Positions 25,742 to 36,006 of a stretch of 64,000 nucleotides of DNA are shown here, piece after piece. A program made the position numbers and the translations under genes. Location: NCBI GenBank assembly GCA_033345235.1, contig JAWPOC010000016.1:69026-133025 (forward strand). The letters run 5' to 3'. This stretch comes from Alphaproteobacteria bacterium (GTDB taxonomy: Bacteria > Pseudomonadota > Alphaproteobacteria > Rs-D84). Numbering within the stretch: position 1 is the first letter of the stretch; each line of letters starts with the position of its first letter. The notes under the pieces were generated by a model. That model was not told the origin of the DNA, did not search any database, and saw only the letters and a program-made list of their open reading frames with translations.

Positions 25742-28238
25742 TAACATATTTTATGCAACTAATCCTGCCAAGATGCTGGATGCACTGTGGAAAATTATTT
25801 CAGAATCCACAGTTGATATGCGCGAAATCTTGATTTTTTTACCCAGCAGGCGCGCAGTTAGAACAGTTGAAAAATTAATCGCTGAAAAATCGGGAGGATG
25901 TGCTTTATTGCCTGATTTAGTACCCTTGGGCGAAGGGGCAGATGATGATTATGATGATATGGAATTGCGGCCTGATATTATTCCTGATGTGGAACGTGTG
26001 GTGGTATTGGCAAAGTTGTTGGCCGCAGATGCAAATGTTGGAAATTTAACAACTGCGTTGCCAATAGCGCATGATTTAGTGCGTATGCAAGATTATTTGG
26101 AAAACGAAGGTGTTGACGCGACAACAATAAACTGGGGCGATTTAGTTGATGAAAAATATGCAAATCATTTTCAAAACAAAGCAAAAATTTTAAATATATT
26201 GTCTGAATTTATGCCACATTATATGCAGGGCAGGTTAACCACAACACAAAATAGAAATAATGATATTCGTGCGTGGATAAAAAAACTGGAACAATATAAG
26301 TTGGTTGTTGTGTGTGGCTCAACAGCCAGTGTGCCAGCAACAGCAGATTTAATGATGGCCGTTGCACGTTTGTCGTATGGTCGAATTATTTTGTCTGGGA
26401 AAATTGATGGGCGTGTGGATGATTTTGAATTAGATACAAATCCGTATAATTCTGAATATAAATTCTTGAAAGGTTTAGGCGTCGCGTTCACAGATGTCTT
26501 GCCGATAGATGTTGGAATGTCCGCAATTGATTTTATGAATTATGCATTCGGAAATGACTGTGGTGGCGCAGATGTAAATACAGATTTATCACATTGCCAT
26601 TTAATAGAATGTCCGCGTGAATCTGTCGAAGCAGCAGCTGTCGCACAAATTGCAAAACGGGCAATTGATGAAAATAAATCAGTGTTAGTTATTACTCCGG
26701 ACGCGGCCGGAAATCAGCGTATACAAACAGAATTGAATGCAATTGGAATAAAAGCAGACTTTTCAGGCGGAATGTCAGGCACAATGACCAATTTTGGTCG
26801 CGCGTTATTAAATTTATTCGATTTATGGATCGATTCAAATAGTTGTGTGTTTGATAAAATATACGCTAAAACAGAGTTCAATTTATTTAATACTGTTGCA
26901 CAAATTATAGATGAATATACAGACTGTTTTTCACCACAATTCGTGTTAGAAGATAATGATACTGTACAAGTTTTAATCGCGATAAAAAATATGTCTGATG
27001 CATTAATGGCGGCAGATGTTCAGTTGTCTTTGTCGCAAGCGCGAACATTTATTGCAGATGCGATGAAGTCTGTGTCTGTACGTGCGCAAATGGATACAAA
27101 TGCACCAGTTGTTGTGTTGGGAACAATTGAATCACGTATGCAAACAGCAGATGTTGTTATCCTGACAGGATTAAACGAAGGTATGTTCCCAGCGCGTGGA
27201 TATGAAAATGCATGGCTGCCTAAAAATATCGCAAAACAAATAGGATTGCCTGCACCAGATAGAAAGGTTTCTTTGCAGGCGTTGGACTTTATGAATTTAT
27301 CATGCGGCAAGGATGTTTACTGGTTGCGCAGCGTTATATCTGGGGGGGTGCAAACAACAGAATCTAGGTTCTTGTCCAGAATTATCGCAAGAAAAGCAGT
27401 TATAGATAAAAATTATGGAAACATCATTTTAAATGATGTTATAGCGCGTGATAATGTGCAAACGCACAGTTTGGATTATTCAGCACCTGTGCCACCAAAT
27501 GATTGGTCGGACGTTTATGTGACAGAGTTAGATTATTTAATTCATAATCCATATGCTTTTTATGTAAAGCATATTTTGAAATTAAAAGTTATGGACGATT
27601 ATTGGGTGCTGCCAGATGCGCGGCATTTTGGAATACTGGTGCATGATGTAATTGAAAACGCCACAGATTGGAACCCAAATGTTTTGGTTGCCCAGATGGA
27701 TGCACGTGCAATGGAATTGCTGGGACGTGGAAATGTGATATTTCATTTCTGGCATAAAAGGTTTTTAGAAATTGCGCCGGTCATCGCAAATGAATTATCT
27801 AAAATTCACAACGGTCGTGCCGAGATTTCCGGAAGTATAAAAATTGCAGGACGAAATGTACGTGCGCGGGCTGACTTGGTTTGGGATGGTGGGGTCTTGG
27901 ATATTAAAACAGGAACTGCGCCAAATAAAAATCAATTAGTACAAGGAAATGCACCGCAATTGCCGTTAGAGGCTTTGATGTTACAAAGTGGCGGATTTAA
28001 AATAAAAACAACAGGTGTGTCTGGTGCGCCAATAATGAAATTTTTACAATTGAAAAACAATGATACGCGTATCATAGAATGTGATTCTGAAACAACCCAG
28101 ATGATGATAAATGGTGCGGTCGCCAAAGTAACAGAATTATTTAATATGTATTCTGCAGGTGCTGCGCCATATGAATATCACGAAACAAGTGATGCAAAAT
28201 ATCGGCAATATGATGACTTAGCCAGAGTAAAAGATTAA
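25728..28238 (+). CDS. AddB-like PD-(D/E)XK nuclease family protein (RecB-like nuclease domain at the C-terminus)
   Basis: C-terminal …DLVWDGGVLDIKTG… resembles the AddB/RecB nuclease motif. No addA-like helicase gene is adjacent. Confidence 0.5.
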   Translation: MVSNNNIFYATNPAKMLDALWKIISESTVDMREILIFLPSRRAVRTVEKLIAEKSGGCALLPDLVPLGEGADDDYDDMELRPDIIPDVERVVVLAKLLAADANVGNLTTALPIAHDLVRMQDYLENEGVDATTINWGDLVDEKYANHFQNKAKILNILSEFMPHYMQGRLTTTQNRNNDIRAWIKKLEQYKLVVVCGSTASVPATADLMMAVARLSYGRIILSGKIDGRVDDFELDTNPYNSEYKFLKGLGVAFTDVLPIDVGMSAIDFMNYAFGNDCGGADVNTDLSHCHLIECPRESVEAAAVAQIAKRAIDENKSVLVITPDAAGNQRIQTELNAIGIKADFSGGMSGTMTNFGRALLNLFDLWIDSNSCVFDKIYAKTEFNLFNTVAQIIDEYTDCFSPQFVLEDNDTVQVLIAIKNMSDALMAADVQLSLSQARTFIADAMKSVSVRAQMDTNAPVVVLGTIESRMQTADVVILTGLNEGMFPARGYENAWLPKNIAKQIGLPAPDRKVSLQALDFMNLSCGKDVYWLRSVISGGVQTTESRFLSRIIARKAVIDKNYGNIILNDVIARDNVQTHSLDYSAPVPPNDWSDVYVTELDYLIHNPYAFYVKHILKLKVMDDYWVLPDARHFGILVHDVIENATDWNPNVLVAQMDARAMELLGRGNVIFHFWHKRFLEIAPVIANELSKIHNGRAEISGSIKIAGRNVRARADLVWDGGVLDIKTGTAPNKNQLVQGNAPQLPLEALMLQSGGFKIKTTGVSGAPIMKFLQLKNNDTRIIECDSETTQMMINGAVAKVTELFNMYSAGAAPYEYHETSDAKYRQYDDLARVKD

Positions 28239-28266
28239 AAAAATTCCCCAAACGGGGAACTTTTTT
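28238..28266. terminator. bidirectional terminator (TCCCC-N4-GGGGA type)
   Basis: AAAAAAATTCCCCAAACGGGGAACTTTTTTT. Confidence 0.6.
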
Positions 28267-29846
28267 TATTCGTGTCTGTCTGGATATTTTCCATCAATCA
28301 GATTTTGACGAATGACATGATGTTTTACCTTTTGTGTGCTGGTCAAAGGTAAATCTTCGGTTGTCATTGCGTAATGGGTAACCCATTTATAGCTGGCAAC
28401 TTTTTTGTTTGCAGCATTAATCTCTTGACCCAGTTTTTCAAGTGTCATACCGTCTTCAACACTGAATACGCCATATGTCACAGTTTTTCCTTTGACAATA
28501 TGTTCAAACACAGCAACGTTTTTGACGCCTGGGATTTTGATATACATACCCTCCAGTTCGTCTGGATAAACGTTTTTACCACTGTCTAAAACAATAACTT
28601 GTTTTTTGCGGCCTGCGAAATGCAATTCGCCATTTTTATCCATAAATACCATATCGCCTGTGTTAAAGAAACCGCGTTCATCGAATACTTCGGCATTAAC
28701 AGCGTCATTGTTTAAATAACCGCCGAATACTTGATGACCACGTAACCACAGAACACCGATGCCATCTTCGTTTTTATCACGAATTTCACATTCGTTATTC
28801 AATGTTGGACCACCAAATGCAAATGGTAAACGTTTCTTGGTTGGTTTGGAAATACAGATTGGGCCAACTGTTTCTGTTAAGCCATAACCTTGGATAAATG
28901 TCAGACCTAAACGTTCATAGAATGTTTCAACTTCGGGTTTGGTTGCTGCACCACCTGCAATCAGTAAACGTGCACGACCGCCGAATACATCCAGAATAGG
29001 TTTTTGTACCTTGCGTACCAAAAATCTAAGACCGATTTTTTCCAATGTTTTGCCGTATTTCAAAATAAATGATACCAACCACCATTTCTTTTGTGATTTG
29101 ATGTTATCAATGATTTTGTTACGGAACACTTCCCACAAGCGTGGAACCGCAGGAATGATTTGTGGGCGGAACTTTTTAAAGTCGGCCATAATTTCTTTTG
29201 GATTAATTGTTGGCTGTAACAAGACGCCCGCACCATAATGCAAAGTTGCTAATATTTCAACTGCAAAACCAAATACGTGATACATTGGTAAAAATCCGTA
29301 TATGTAATCACCTGGTTTAATCCATTTGGCCATTGATTCCAAAGAATTTGTACATTCAACAATGTTAAAGTGTGTTAATGGTACAACTTTTGGTACACCT
29401 GTTGATCCAGATGTAAACGACATTGTCGCAATGTCCAAGGATTCAACCTGGGCAGGTTTTAAATCTGGATTTATTTTGCCGTCTTTTTTGGCTATGTCAT
29501 AAAATTTGAATTTGCTGGTTTTATACACAAAAGATTTTTCTGCGCATACCAGATGACAATTTGTAATCGTTGCCATATTGTCATATTCAAATGGTGTAAG
29601 ATTTGTGTCCAGCAATAACACTGTACCACCCAAGTACCAGATAGCAAACATTGTGATTGGAAATTCTGGGATGTTATGTGACAGAATTCCAACAATGTCA
29701 CCCTTTTTAATACCCGCAGTATGCAATGATGCAGCGCGCGCTTTGACCAAATCTAAAAATTCTTTGTAAGAAACGCCTTCGCGAACCAGATACAAGTTAT
29801 CAGGATATTTTTGCGCAGTACGTTCCAATAATTGATACATATTCAT
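28266..29846 (-). CDS. AMP-dependent synthetase/ligase (long-chain acyl-CoA or acyl-ACP synthetase)
   Basis: AMP-binding motif TSGSTGVPKVV and adenylate-forming-family C-terminal domain. Confidence 0.8.
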   Translation of the reverse strand: MNMYQLLERTAQKYPDNLYLVREGVSYKEFLDLVKARAASLHTAGIKKGDIVGILSHNIPEFPITMFAIWYLGGTVLLLDTNLTPFEYDNMATITNCHLVCAEKSFVYKTSKFKFYDIAKKDGKINPDLKPAQVESLDIATMSFTSGSTGVPKVVPLTHFNIVECTNSLESMAKWIKPGDYIYGFLPMYHVFGFAVEILATLHYGAGVLLQPTINPKEIMADFKKFRPQIIPAVPRLWEVFRNKIIDNIKSQKKWWLVSFILKYGKTLEKIGLRFLVRKVQKPILDVFGGRARLLIAGGAATKPEVETFYERLGLTFIQGYGLTETVGPICISKPTKKRLPFAFGGPTLNNECEIRDKNEDGIGVLWLRGHQVFGGYLNNDAVNAEVFDERGFFNTGDMVFMDKNGELHFAGRKKQVIVLDSGKNVYPDELEGMYIKIPGVKNVAVFEHIVKGKTVTYGVFSVEDGMTLEKLGQEINAANKKVASYKWVTHYAMTTEDLPLTSTQKVKHHVIRQNLIDGKYPDRHE

Positions 29847-29916
29847 TACTTAAATTCCTTGTTGTTTTTATATCGGACTGTGGGTATTATATCTAACAAA
29901 GGATAGGATTGCAAAT

Positions 29917-30687
29917 ATGAAAATACTAACATTAAATATTAACTCTATACGGGCGCATGCGCAAAGTTTTATCGATATTTTGCGGGCTGGCGAATATGAC
30001 ACAATTATGGTTCAGGAATTAAAAGTCGAAAATGCGAACTTTCCGCATATGCTGTTCGATGAATTTGGATATAATGTCAAGGTGTTTGGTCAGAAAAGTT
30101 GGAATGGTGTCGCGACTTTTTCAAAGTGTTCAATCGAAGATGTAACAATGGGAATGCCAACATATTCTGATGTTAATGCACGCTTCTTAGAATGTGTTGT
30201 AGATGGGCGTGTGCGATTGATAAATGTATATATGCCAAACGGCGATATGGTTACATCACCAAAGTTCCCATATAAATTAGAATGGATGAACGCTTTTACA
30301 CAATATATTGCGCAATATCTTGATTCGCCAGAGCCGGTTATTATCGCAGGTGACTTTAATGTCGCAATCCAAGACAGGGATGTATGGAAACCTAAAAATT
30401 ATGAAGGTGTCGCAATTGCTGCCCCAGAAGCACGCGCGATAATGAATAATTGGATTGATTCTGGATGGATTGATGCATGGCGTATGTTGCATCCGGATGA
30501 TGTTGGGTACACATGGTACGGATATCGCGGTCGTGATACAGTTGGAAATAAACAAGGATTGCGATTGGATTATTTCTTGTGCAATAAAGCAGCTGTACAA
30601 ATGGTTAAAAATTGTGAAATTGATATGAACCCAAGGTTGGCTGAAAAACCAACCGACCATTGTGGATTGGTTCTAGAGATAAAATAA
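29917..30687 (+). CDS. xthA: exodeoxyribonuclease III
   Basis: EEP-family AP endonuclease with N-terminal MKILTLNINSIRA and C-terminal SDHCGLVLEI-like motif. Confidence 0.9.
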   Translation: MKILTLNINSIRAHAQSFIDILRAGEYDTIMVQELKVENANFPHMLFDEFGYNVKVFGQKSWNGVATFSKCSIEDVTMGMPTYSDVNARFLECVVDGRVRLINVYMPNGDMVTSPKFPYKLEWMNAFTQYIAQYLDSPEPVIIAGDFNVAIQDRDVWKPKNYEGVAIAAPEARAIMNNWIDSGWIDAWRMLHPDDVGYTWYGYRGRDTVGNKQGLRLDYFLCNKAAVQMVKNCEIDMNPRLAEKPTDHCGLVLEIK

Positions 30688-30707
30688 AAAAAGCCCATGT
30701 GGGCTTT

Positions 30708-32006
30708 TTATTTTCCCAGACATAATTGTCCGAATGTCATGTCCAGTACTTCGTCTGCAGAAATTGTACCTAATATTTTCCCGATGTTGTCTGAACTGCG
30801 TCGGACGTGTTCTGCGAATATATCGTAATTATCGCCCGCGTTCAGTGCGTTTGATAATTCGTTTTTTGCATCTGTTAGTAAGGCTTTTGTGCGCGCGTTT
30901 ATTGATAGCGCAGATTCAGAACCGTCAGTGATAGAATGTATCTTTTTGCGTAGCGCATTCATTAATTCTGGTATTCCATCGCCTGTTTTTGCAGATGTGT
31001 AAATTACATTGTATGTGTCCTGTTTATCAATTGTATCTGATTTGTTTATAACAATAATTTCATTGTCTGATAATGTGTTGTGTGCGGCCGATTCCGGCGT
31101 ATAGACGTGAATTATAATGTCTGAATTTTCTATTTCTGACTTTGTGCGTTCGATACCTATGTTTTCAACTGTATCATCTGTTTCGCGAATGCCGGCTGTG
31201 TCAGACAGGTTTATCATAAATCCATCTATATCAAGCATAGATGATACCACATCACGTGTTGTGCCTGCGACGTCAGATACAATCGCACGATTTGCACCGA
31301 CCAATTGATTAAATATAGAAGATTTACCAACGTTTGTTTCACCAACCAAGGTAACATTTATTCCACCACGTATTGCGCGTGCGGTTTTATATTGGTTTAG
31401 TGCATTTGTGATTTCATTATATAATTTTTGTGTTGTGTTTCGAACTGTGTCGCCAATATTAAGTGGCAGGTCGTCCGGACTGTAATCCAAAATTGCAGCT
31501 GCGTATGCAGAAACCTCTATCATCTGATTACGCCAAGTATTATAAATGTTGCTGTCGTGACCCAACATAGAGCGCAGCGCGTGTTTACGTTGCATATCTG
31601 TTTGTGCGTCCAATAACGCTGCCAGACCATCAATATCTGTTAAGTTCATTTTGTTGTTATAAAATGCGCGCTTGGAAAATTCCCCAGGTGTCGCCATACG
31701 CATATTCAGTGTGGCCAAGTGTTCAAATACTTTATTTATTACTGCGGGTGCGCCATGGGTATGCAATTCAATAACGTCTTCGCCTGTAAAACTGTGTGGG
31801 GCAGGGAAGTAAATTGCCAAACATTGGTCAATAATTTCGCCGTTGTTATCGCGCAGGTTTATAAAATATGTGTGGCGCGGTGTTGGGTCTGATTTGTTTG
31901 CAAAGGTTGAAAATATATCAGATAATTTTTCGCCAGAAATACGAATGACCGCAACGCCTGATTTACCATGACCGCTGGATAATGCAAAAATTGTATCGTT
32001 ATTCAT
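30708..32006 (-). CDS. mnmE: tRNA modification GTPase MnmE
   Basis: G-domain GETNVGKSS and the C-terminal CLGK motif. Confidence 0.9.
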   Translation of the reverse strand: MNNDTIFALSSGHGKSGVAVIRISGEKLSDIFSTFANKSDPTPRHTYFINLRDNNGEIIDQCLAIYFPAPHSFTGEDVIELHTHGAPAVINKVFEHLATLNMRMATPGEFSKRAFYNNKMNLTDIDGLAALLDAQTDMQRKHALRSMLGHDSNIYNTWRNQMIEVSAYAAAILDYSPDDLPLNIGDTVRNTTQKLYNEITNALNQYKTARAIRGGINVTLVGETNVGKSSIFNQLVGANRAIVSDVAGTTRDVVSSMLDIDGFMINLSDTAGIRETDDTVENIGIERTKSEIENSDIIIHVYTPESAAHNTLSDNEIIVINKSDTIDKQDTYNVIYTSAKTGDGIPELMNALRKKIHSITDGSESALSINARTKALLTDAKNELSNALNAGDNYDIFAEHVRRSSDNIGKILGTISADEVLDMTFGQLCLGK

Positions 32007-32009
32007 GCT

Positions 32010-32594
32010 TTATTTCCCCTTGCTGATTTCTTTTAATGCCATTGGAACCAGTTTAGATACGTCTGCACTTGGGTTTTCATTTACCAGTTTTTGTGCCATT
32101 TCAATTATATCTAATCTTTTGTACCCCAATGATTCCAGTGCCATTAACAAGTCAGGTAATGCAGATGACGCATCAGGTGAAATTTGTGTAAAGATACTGG
32201 CCGATGTGCCCCCAAATTTGTTCTTTAATTCAACAATGATTTTTTCTGCCATCTTTTTCCCAACCCCAGGGGCAGTGGCAATTGTTTTTGCGTCGCCCGT
32301 TGCAATGGCTGATATTAATGTGTCTGACTTTATCGTTCCCATTATTGCCAATGCAACCTTTGGTCCAACACCAGATACACCGGTCAGCATATTAAATAAA
32401 TCTTGGGATTGCAGGTTCGAAAAGCCAAACAGGCGAATAGAATCTTCGCGGACAATCGTTTCAATCCACAGTTCAACTGTTGACTTGTGCGTCAGGTATT
32501 CTGCCGTATAAACTTTGTAGCCAACGCCGCCTGTTAATAAAATTACATATCCGTCACCAATATAGTCAACTATGCCTTGCAATTTTCCAATCAT
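32010..32594 (-). CDS. ruvA: Holliday junction ATP-dependent DNA helicase RuvA
   Basis: MIGKLQGIVDYIGDGYVILLTGGVGYKVY and the HhH domain. Confidence 0.9.
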   Translation of the reverse strand: MIGKLQGIVDYIGDGYVILLTGGVGYKVYTAEYLTHKSTVELWIETIVREDSIRLFGFSNLQSQDLFNMLTGVSGVGPKVALAIMGTIKSDTLISAIATGDAKTIATAPGVGKKMAEKIIVELKNKFGGTSASIFTQISPDASSALPDLLMALESLGYKRLDIIEMAQKLVNENPSADVSKLVPMALKEISKGK

Positions 32595-32644
32595 TTGTTA
32601 TCCTTTTGGTGTGATTTTAATCTAAATAAATAAAAAGGTCAAAT

Positions 32645-33361
32645 ATGAGTGGACACAGTAAATGGCATAACATTCAACACAAAAAAGGCGCGGCAGACGC
32701 TGCACGCAGTGGTTTGTTTACAAAATTGGCACGTGAAATTACTATGGCGGCCAAATTAGGCGATAAAAATCCAGATAATAACCCAAGACTTCGCTTGGCA
32801 ATATTGACAGCACGTAAAAATTCAATGCCAAATGATAATATCAAACGCGCAATTGAAAAAGCGTCTGGTGCAAATACAGAAAGCTACGAAGCAGTTAGAT
32901 ACGAAGGTTATGGCCCAGGGGCGGTTCCTGTTATCGTAGAGGCGTTGACTGATAATCCTCGTCGTACTGTGCCAGAAATTCGTAACATCTTTGGTAAAAA
33001 TGGCGGAAATATGGGTGAAGAAGGCTCTGTTGTATTTATGTTTACACGTGCAGGGCAAATTATGTACCCAGCTTCAATCGGTAAAACCGAAGATGAAATG
33101 ATGGAAATTATTATGGAAGCCAATGCAGACAACTTGGAAACATCCGAAGAAGGTTTTATCATCACAACAAAACCAGAAGATTTTGTTAATGCACAAAAAT
33201 ATCTGGCAGATGTTTTAGGTGAACCAGAACAGGCAGAATTGACTTGGTTGCCAAATATGCCAATGGACTTGGATGATGAAGCGTATGCAAAACTAGAAAA
33301 ACTGGTTGATGCATTGGATGCAAATGATGATGTGCAGAAGGTGTTCACAGCCGCTGCATAA
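32645..33361 (+). CDS. YebC/PmpR family DNA-binding transcriptional regulator
   Basis: MSGHSKWHNIQHKKGAADAARS…, the family-typical N-terminus. Confidence 0.9.
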   Translation: MSGHSKWHNIQHKKGAADAARSGLFTKLAREITMAAKLGDKNPDNNPRLRLAILTARKNSMPNDNIKRAIEKASGANTESYEAVRYEGYGPGAVPVIVEALTDNPRRTVPEIRNIFGKNGGNMGEEGSVVFMFTRAGQIMYPASIGKTEDEMMEIIMEANADNLETSEEGFIITTKPEDFVNAQKYLADVLGEPEQAELTWLPNMPMDLDDEAYAKLEKLVDALDANDDVQKVFTAAA

Positions 33362-33376
33362 TAAAAATTAAATCTA

Positions 33377-33481
33377 ATGGCATATCTACGAACAAACCCG
33401 ACATCTCATGTAACTTCTGTACACTACGATGTCGGGTTTGTGCGTATCTATACCATTATCTTTAATTTTTTCGCTAATCAC
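33377..33481 (+). repeat. hairpin-loop repeat element, copy B1 (subfamily 2)
   Basis: Hairpin 33389-33444: arm CGAACAAACCCGACATC, loop TCATGTAACTTCTGTACACTAC, arm GATGTCGGGTTTGTGCG. Tail TATCTATACCATTATCTTTAATTTTTTCGCTAATCAC. Confidence 0.8.
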
Positions 33482-33499
33482 GGGGTGTGTGGATTTAAG

Positions 33500-33594
33500 A
33501 CATCTCATGTAACTTCTGTATACTACGATGTCGGGTTTGTGCGTATCTATACCATTATCTTTAATTTTTTCGCTAATCACGTGCGGGGTGTGTT
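33500..33594 (+). repeat. hairpin-loop repeat element, copy B2 (tandem copy, 5' truncated; left arm reduced to ACATC)
   Basis: Loop TCATGTAACTTCTGTATACTAC, right arm and tail identical to B1. Confidence 0.75.
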
Positions 33595-34308
33595 TTGAGA
33601 TGGTATCTGGAAGATGTTGAAAAAGCAATTCGTGGGGCAACATTAAAAATTGCCCCGGTGGTTGATGGAATTGTTAAGGATTTAAATTTGCCCAAAAATA
33701 CAGATGTTTTTGCGGTTGGTGGGTTTGTGCGTGATGCGGTCTTGGGAAAATTGGTCGGCAAAGAAACAGGATCAAAAGATATTGATTTAATATTATCGCA
33801 AAAACCAGATTTGCAAAATAATCCGAATGTTATTTATGTAAAACAAAATTCTTTTGGTGGAACAAAGTTGGGTTTAAAAAAATTCCCAGAAGTTGATATT
33901 TTTAATAAAGAAATTGATTGGCCTGATATGATTGTTGGTCAGTATTTTGATTTTAATTGTAATTCTATTTTTTATTATAATAAAACACAGCAAATTTTGG
34001 CGGCGGCACCGTTTTACGCTTTTACATCAAATAAAACAATAGAATTGATAAATTATCGTGTGTTAAATGATAAAACAGAAACGTTGTATACGGAACCATC
34101 ACTGGTTTCACGTGCGTTAAAATTTCAAGTTTTGTTTCGTGAAAAATATGGTTTTGAATCCAAATTGTCCACGATGATTATGCATTTGTTGTATGGTATG
34201 AGTGAAAAAACAGAACAAGAAATGTTTAAATATACCCGTCAAAAAATTAAAGATGAAAAATTACAAAAACAGATAATAGAACAGTATTATAAAATCAAAC
34301 AATATTAG
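33595..34308 (+). CDS. short nucleotidyltransferase of the poly(A) polymerase/CCA-adding head-domain family (237 aa)
   Basis: Motif AVGGFVRDAVLGK…DIDLIL matches the class II tRNA nucleotidyltransferase head domain (GGxVRD…DxD). The only available start is TTG at 33595, directly abutting the B2 repeat tail. Confidence 0.35.
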   Translation: MRWYLEDVEKAIRGATLKIAPVVDGIVKDLNLPKNTDVFAVGGFVRDAVLGKLVGKETGSKDIDLILSQKPDLQNNPNVIYVKQNSFGGTKLGLKKFPEVDIFNKEIDWPDMIVGQYFDFNCNSIFYYNKTQQILAAAPFYAFTSNKTIELINYRVLNDKTETLYTEPSLVSRALKFQVLFREKYGFESKLSTMIMHLLYGMSEKTEQEMFKYTRQKIKDEKLQKQIIEQYYKIKQY

Positions 34309-34316
34309 TTTTTATT

Positions 34317-34345
34317 TATAAAAAAATCCCCAATCGGGGATTTTT
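34317..34345. terminator. bidirectional terminator (TCCCC-N4-GGGGA type)
   Basis: AAAAAAATCCCCAATCGGGGATTTTTG. Confidence 0.6.
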
Positions 34346-34366
34346 GAAATGTAGAAATTTGTTTTA

Positions 34367-34792
34367 TTATTTTGCATTTTTCTGTTCGTATAATGCTGCA
34401 AAATCCATTGGTTGTAATGCCAAAGGTGGAAAACCTGATTCTGATGTCAGACGTGTAATCAGTGCGCGAACAGATGGGAATATCAATGTTGGAACGTCGA
34501 TTAACAATGTACGTTTTTTGGTGTCTTCGTTCTTTTCTTCTTCCAATTGAGCCAAGCAAGAATATGTTGATTCAATCAAGAACATTGTTTTTTCGCCTTT
34601 TTCGAACTTTGAATGTACTTTTGTAATCAAGTCGACCATAAACAGGTTGTTTTCTGCACCTTTAACCTGAATGTCAATGTTTATTTCAACCTTTGGTTGA
34701 CCGTCTTCGTTTTTGAAAAATAATTCCGGAACATTTGGACTTTCAAAAGAAATATCTTTCAAGAATTGCGAAATAATTTTAAAGTTTGCCAT
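34367..34792 (-). CDS. secB: protein-export chaperone SecB
   Basis: MANFKIISQFLKDISFESPNVPELFF… typical SecB N-terminus and size. Confidence 0.85.
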   Translation of the reverse strand: MANFKIISQFLKDISFESPNVPELFFKNEDGQPKVEINIDIQVKGAENNLFMVDLITKVHSKFEKGEKTMFLIESTYSCLAQLEEEKNEDTKKRTLLIDVPTLIFPSVRALITRLTSESGFPPLALQPMDFAALYEQKNAK

Positions 34793-34905
34793 TTGTACTT
34801 TCTCCTTAGGATAATGTTTATTGGATGTAAGGTCTGGACTTGCATCCTGCTTTTATGATAATATAGCAATATAAAAATATTTTACAAGTGGGGGGATAAA
34901 TAAAA

Positions 34906-36006
34906 ATGTATTTTTTTGAAAAGTGCAGATTTGGACAGGTTGTTTTGGCGGTTTTTAGCGCCTTTTTGTTGGCGTCTTGTGATTTGTCGACGCCAACTGT
35001 CAGCGGCGATAATTCTGTGATTCCATCTAATTTCAAGCGGGTGTCTTATAATGATTTGCCAGGTTGGCGCGATGATGACGTCAGATATGCGTTGCAGGCC
35101 TTTCGTAATTCATGCAAGGCGAAAATTCAATACACTGGGCGTGTAATCCCAGACAAGCAACTGTTTAATGAAAAATGCCGTACTTTGCCATCCGCATCCG
35201 CAGATGTGGCAACTGTTCGCGCTTGGTTTGAATCTAATTTCCAGCCGTACAAGATTTATAATGATAACGGAACAGACAAAGGAACATATACAGGGTATTA
35301 TTCCCCGATTATACCTGCGTGCCGTACCAAGACTGCACAATGTAACGAACCTTTGCTGGGCTTGCCAAAAGATGGTCGCGCATACAAAGGTGTCGCAAAA
35401 AAAGATATTGTCGAACAGCAAATAGGTCAGGTCTTGTATTGGGCAAATATTGTTGATGTGCAAAACCTGCAAATTCAAGGCAGTGGTAACCTGAGACTGG
35501 AAGACGGTACAGATGTAAAATTGAACTATGCGGGTGTAAATGATATGCCTTTTAAATCAATTGGGGAAGAATTGCGCAATCGTGGTATCAGACCGGCCGG
35601 TGGTTATTCGTCAGAGGCTGTGTGGCAGCACTTGAAAGCAAATCCGGCATTGGCCAAGGATGTGATTTATAAAAATCCACGATATGTTTATTTCTATGAA
35701 TCAACACCACCAGATGTTATTGGCAAGTTGGGTACGCCTTTGTCAAAAATACGCAGTGTCGCAATGGATGATAAATTGTATACATTGGGATTGCCGGTGT
35801 ATGTAAATACGAATTTATCAGATGGTCGCCCGTTCCGCCGATTGATGATTGCCCAAGATACAGGCAGTGCAATTCGTGGTTGGATTCGTGCAGATATCTT
35901 TTTCGGCAAGGGTGATGAAGCATATAAATTTGCCCAAGGACAACATTCCCAAGGTCAAATGTTTATCTTGATGCCAAAAGAATATACTTATGTCAAACCA
36001 CAGTAA
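34906..36006 (+). CDS. mltA: membrane-bound lytic murein transglycosylase A
   Basis: Lipoprotein signal (LLASCD), MltA domain and 3D domain (…AQDTGSAIRG…). Confidence 0.8.
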   Translation: MYFFEKCRFGQVVLAVFSAFLLASCDLSTPTVSGDNSVIPSNFKRVSYNDLPGWRDDDVRYALQAFRNSCKAKIQYTGRVIPDKQLFNEKCRTLPSASADVATVRAWFESNFQPYKIYNDNGTDKGTYTGYYSPIIPACRTKTAQCNEPLLGLPKDGRAYKGVAKKDIVEQQIGQVLYWANIVDVQNLQIQGSGNLRLEDGTDVKLNYAGVNDMPFKSIGEELRNRGIRPAGGYSSEAVWQHLKANPALAKDVIYKNPRYVYFYESTPPDVIGKLGTPLSKIRSVAMDDKLYTLGLPVYVNTNLSDGRPFRRLMIAQDTGSAIRGWIRADIFFGKGDEAYKFAQGQHSQGQMFILMPKEYTYVKPQ

